Assembly: GCF_006345805.1 (NCBI RefSeq)
Contig: NC_043023.1
Coordinates: 12,524,001-12,588,000 of the forward strand
Length of the DNA stretch: 64,000 nucleotides
Origin: Octopus sinensis
Lineage: Eukaryota
Direction: 5' to 3'
The number at the start of each line of letters is the position of its first letter. Positions within the stretch are counted from its first letter, which is position 1. Shown here one piece after another: positions 61,818 through 64,000 of the stretch. A program made the translations under genes and the position numbers. Below the pieces are notes generated by a model, which saw only the letters and a program-made list of their open reading frames with translations, did no database searches and was not told the origin of the DNA.

Positions 61818-63805
61818 AGGGTACTATTTAGAAGAGAGTCCCAGGTGCGCGCATCCGCAGACTAGTCGTGACTAGTCGATCTTATTGTATTTTTGTTTAT
61901 TTACTTTGTTTAAAAAAATTATATTCTTTGTTTTGAAAAAATGAGGCGACTTCGGTATAGGTACCGGAAGTACCAGATACTTTCAAGAAAGTGTCTTTTT
62001 TCTTTATATATGGGGTTTCGGTTAAGGTTTTTCGGTTAAGGTTTGTGTTAGGGGTGGGAGAAAAAGGGTTCTGTTATCTTCAAATGTAAACAAAGCCACT
62101 CACGGTACTTTATCGAAGGATCGCCAAAAAAATTATTTATTTTGTGTTTTATTTACTTTGCTAGGTAGTCGTTGTAGGATCGACTAGTCACGACTAACTA
62201 GCTCGAGTGCGCTCACCGGGACCACTCTTTAAAATCGTACCGGAGAAAATTAGAACGATTAATCGAATTTTTTAACATTTTATACTAAAAAATAAAATAC
62301 GCAGAACGGGCACTCGCGAATATAAACAAACATGTATGTACGTATACGTATGTATTTATGCATATATATGTATTATTATGTATACATATATGTGTGTGGT
62401 AAGGGTGGTGAAAGAAATTGAATATTAATAATAACATCAATTTCGTATGGATTTGGCGTTTGGTTCAGCAAATTATGTTTTTGATATACTCTACCGATGA
62501 TTCGAAAATGATTTGTAAGTAAAATTACACAATCTATTAACGATGAAACAATTGTATAGAGTTAATCATTTTTTCGTTATTTTTCATTTGTCCTGCCCGC
62601 TTACATTCTTGGCGTGTTGAATTAACGCTTGAGAACAATTCTTTAGTGGTGGATTCCCTTTGCGGATCTATTTCTAGCGTTAGAGTGACCACATGTGGTC
62701 CTTCTCTTATTACTTGTATGTATAATTATATATATGTGTGGTGTGTGTATACAAATATTTTGTAGGAATCTTGCACGCATGAAGTAGATTTGATCCACCA
62801 TAGCCAAAATTTAATTAACCCTTCACCAAATTTTTCCCACGGCAGAACAATAGAGAAATCTCTATACAGAATGTTGTAAAAGTTTCAATGCCTCAATGGA
62901 TTCTGACCCCTGCAACATAGACATTAAATGGATGACAGTGTTGATGTTGTAAGATTTGCAATGTTGAATTACTATGTCGTTTAATGATTCTCTTTATCTC
63001 ACTGCTTCTGTTTTTTCTATTTCAGAATATAACATCCTGTTGATATGAAAGAAATTACTTCATTCAGATGTGCCTCTGATATTTTATCAGCTCCCACCAA
63101 CCAAGGAAGAGGATATATTATAAGGAGCATTCATCAATACATCAAACCCATCTTATAAAGGAAATCTGTGAAAAACAACAGCAAAATATTTCTTCTGGAC
63201 GATGGAATTAACAGCAACAATTTGAATCTTTGCTGTCTGGAATATAGAGGAGATGATTGTTTTACAGGTTAATTAAGCTGGATAACTTTACAAAGGGGTA
63301 GACAATTGTCACCTCTTGATTTAGATATTAAGCAAAATCTCAGATGAAAGAAGCATAGCATAAATTAATCTCTGAAAATAGCAACACAAATATATTCATA
63401 GAAATGAATTTTTTTTCCTATTTGATAATATCATACCATGTTGATTTAAAAGAAATTTCTTCATTCGGGATGTGTGTCTGATATTTTTATTGACTTTCAT
63501 CAATAAAGGAAGACCATATATTCATAAGGCACACATCATCAAACATCAGCTTCTTTATATAAAAAAATCTTCGACGAACGATGGGGGAAATATTTCTTCT
63601 GGATGATGGAATTAAGAGCAACATTTTTTTTGCCATCTGAATGTAGAGATGATGATGAACCTACAGGTTAAGTTTGAGTAACTTTACGAAAGAGTTAACA
63701 GTAACATAACATTAATTATCTCTATGGCTTTGAACACAAACATATCATAGAAGGAAACAGCATAACTATCACTGTGATATGTATAAACGAAATTATCTCT
63801 CATTA

Positions 63806-63873
63806 ATGAATAATTCAACTACGCAAAAATCTCTGATAAAAGAGAAAAGCCATATCACTGTGATATCTGTGGT
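63806..63873 (+). CDS. Start of C2H2 ZNF copy 8 (partial)
   Basis: ATGAATAATTCAACT...GAGAAAAGCCATATCACTGTGATATCTGTGGT, then a local duplication and the window end. Confidence 0.6.
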
Positions 63874-64000
63874 AACATAACATTAATTATCTCTATGGCT
63901 TTGAACACAAACATATCATAGAAGGAAACAGCATAACTATCACTGTGATATGTATAAACGAAATTATCTCTCATTAATGAATAATTCAACTACGCAAAAA

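Noticed and set aside
63701-64000. 171-bp tandem duplication of the ZNF start
   Set aside because: Both copies share the same idiosyncratic errors, so an assembly or polishing artefact is likely

Overview
Eukaryotic, AT-rich, repeat-dense genomic DNA. The SINE, RTE-LINE and finger styles point to a coleoid cephalopod, most likely Octopus (inference). The window is a head-to-tail tandem cluster of mostly 8-11 kb units, each built around a single-coding-exon C2H2 zinc-finger gene with no effector domain (leader [15 protein letters not shown], then TGEKP-linked 28-aa fingers). Eight copies start at 4404, 14795, 22667, 32183, 40417, 44671, 55583 and 63806. Copies 1-4 have long ORFs (16, 9, 14 and 17 fingers). 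Copies 5 and 7 are full of indels, possibly sequencing error. Copy 6 is split by a 2.6 kb antisense RTE LINE, and copy 8 is cut by the window end. A typical unit has a MITE-end array, a conserved CCAAT/CRE/ETS/CRE promoter, a non-coding exon 1, a MITE-filled intron, duplicated splice acceptors, fossil fingers in the 5'UTR, the ZNF ORF, and a 3'UTR made of a truncated RTE LINE. The most notable signals are: constant-variable-constant shuffling of shared finger cassettes between paralogues; RTE (GAT)n tails landing at the same zinc-finger CAC-TGT-GAT motif; several GG...CC foldback elements with 8-bp TSDs; a TGT...ACA MITE with a 4-bp TSD; and nonsense mutations amplified with the fingers. Sequence after about 38 kb (and 24.5-26.5 kb) looks like poorly polished long-read consensus.
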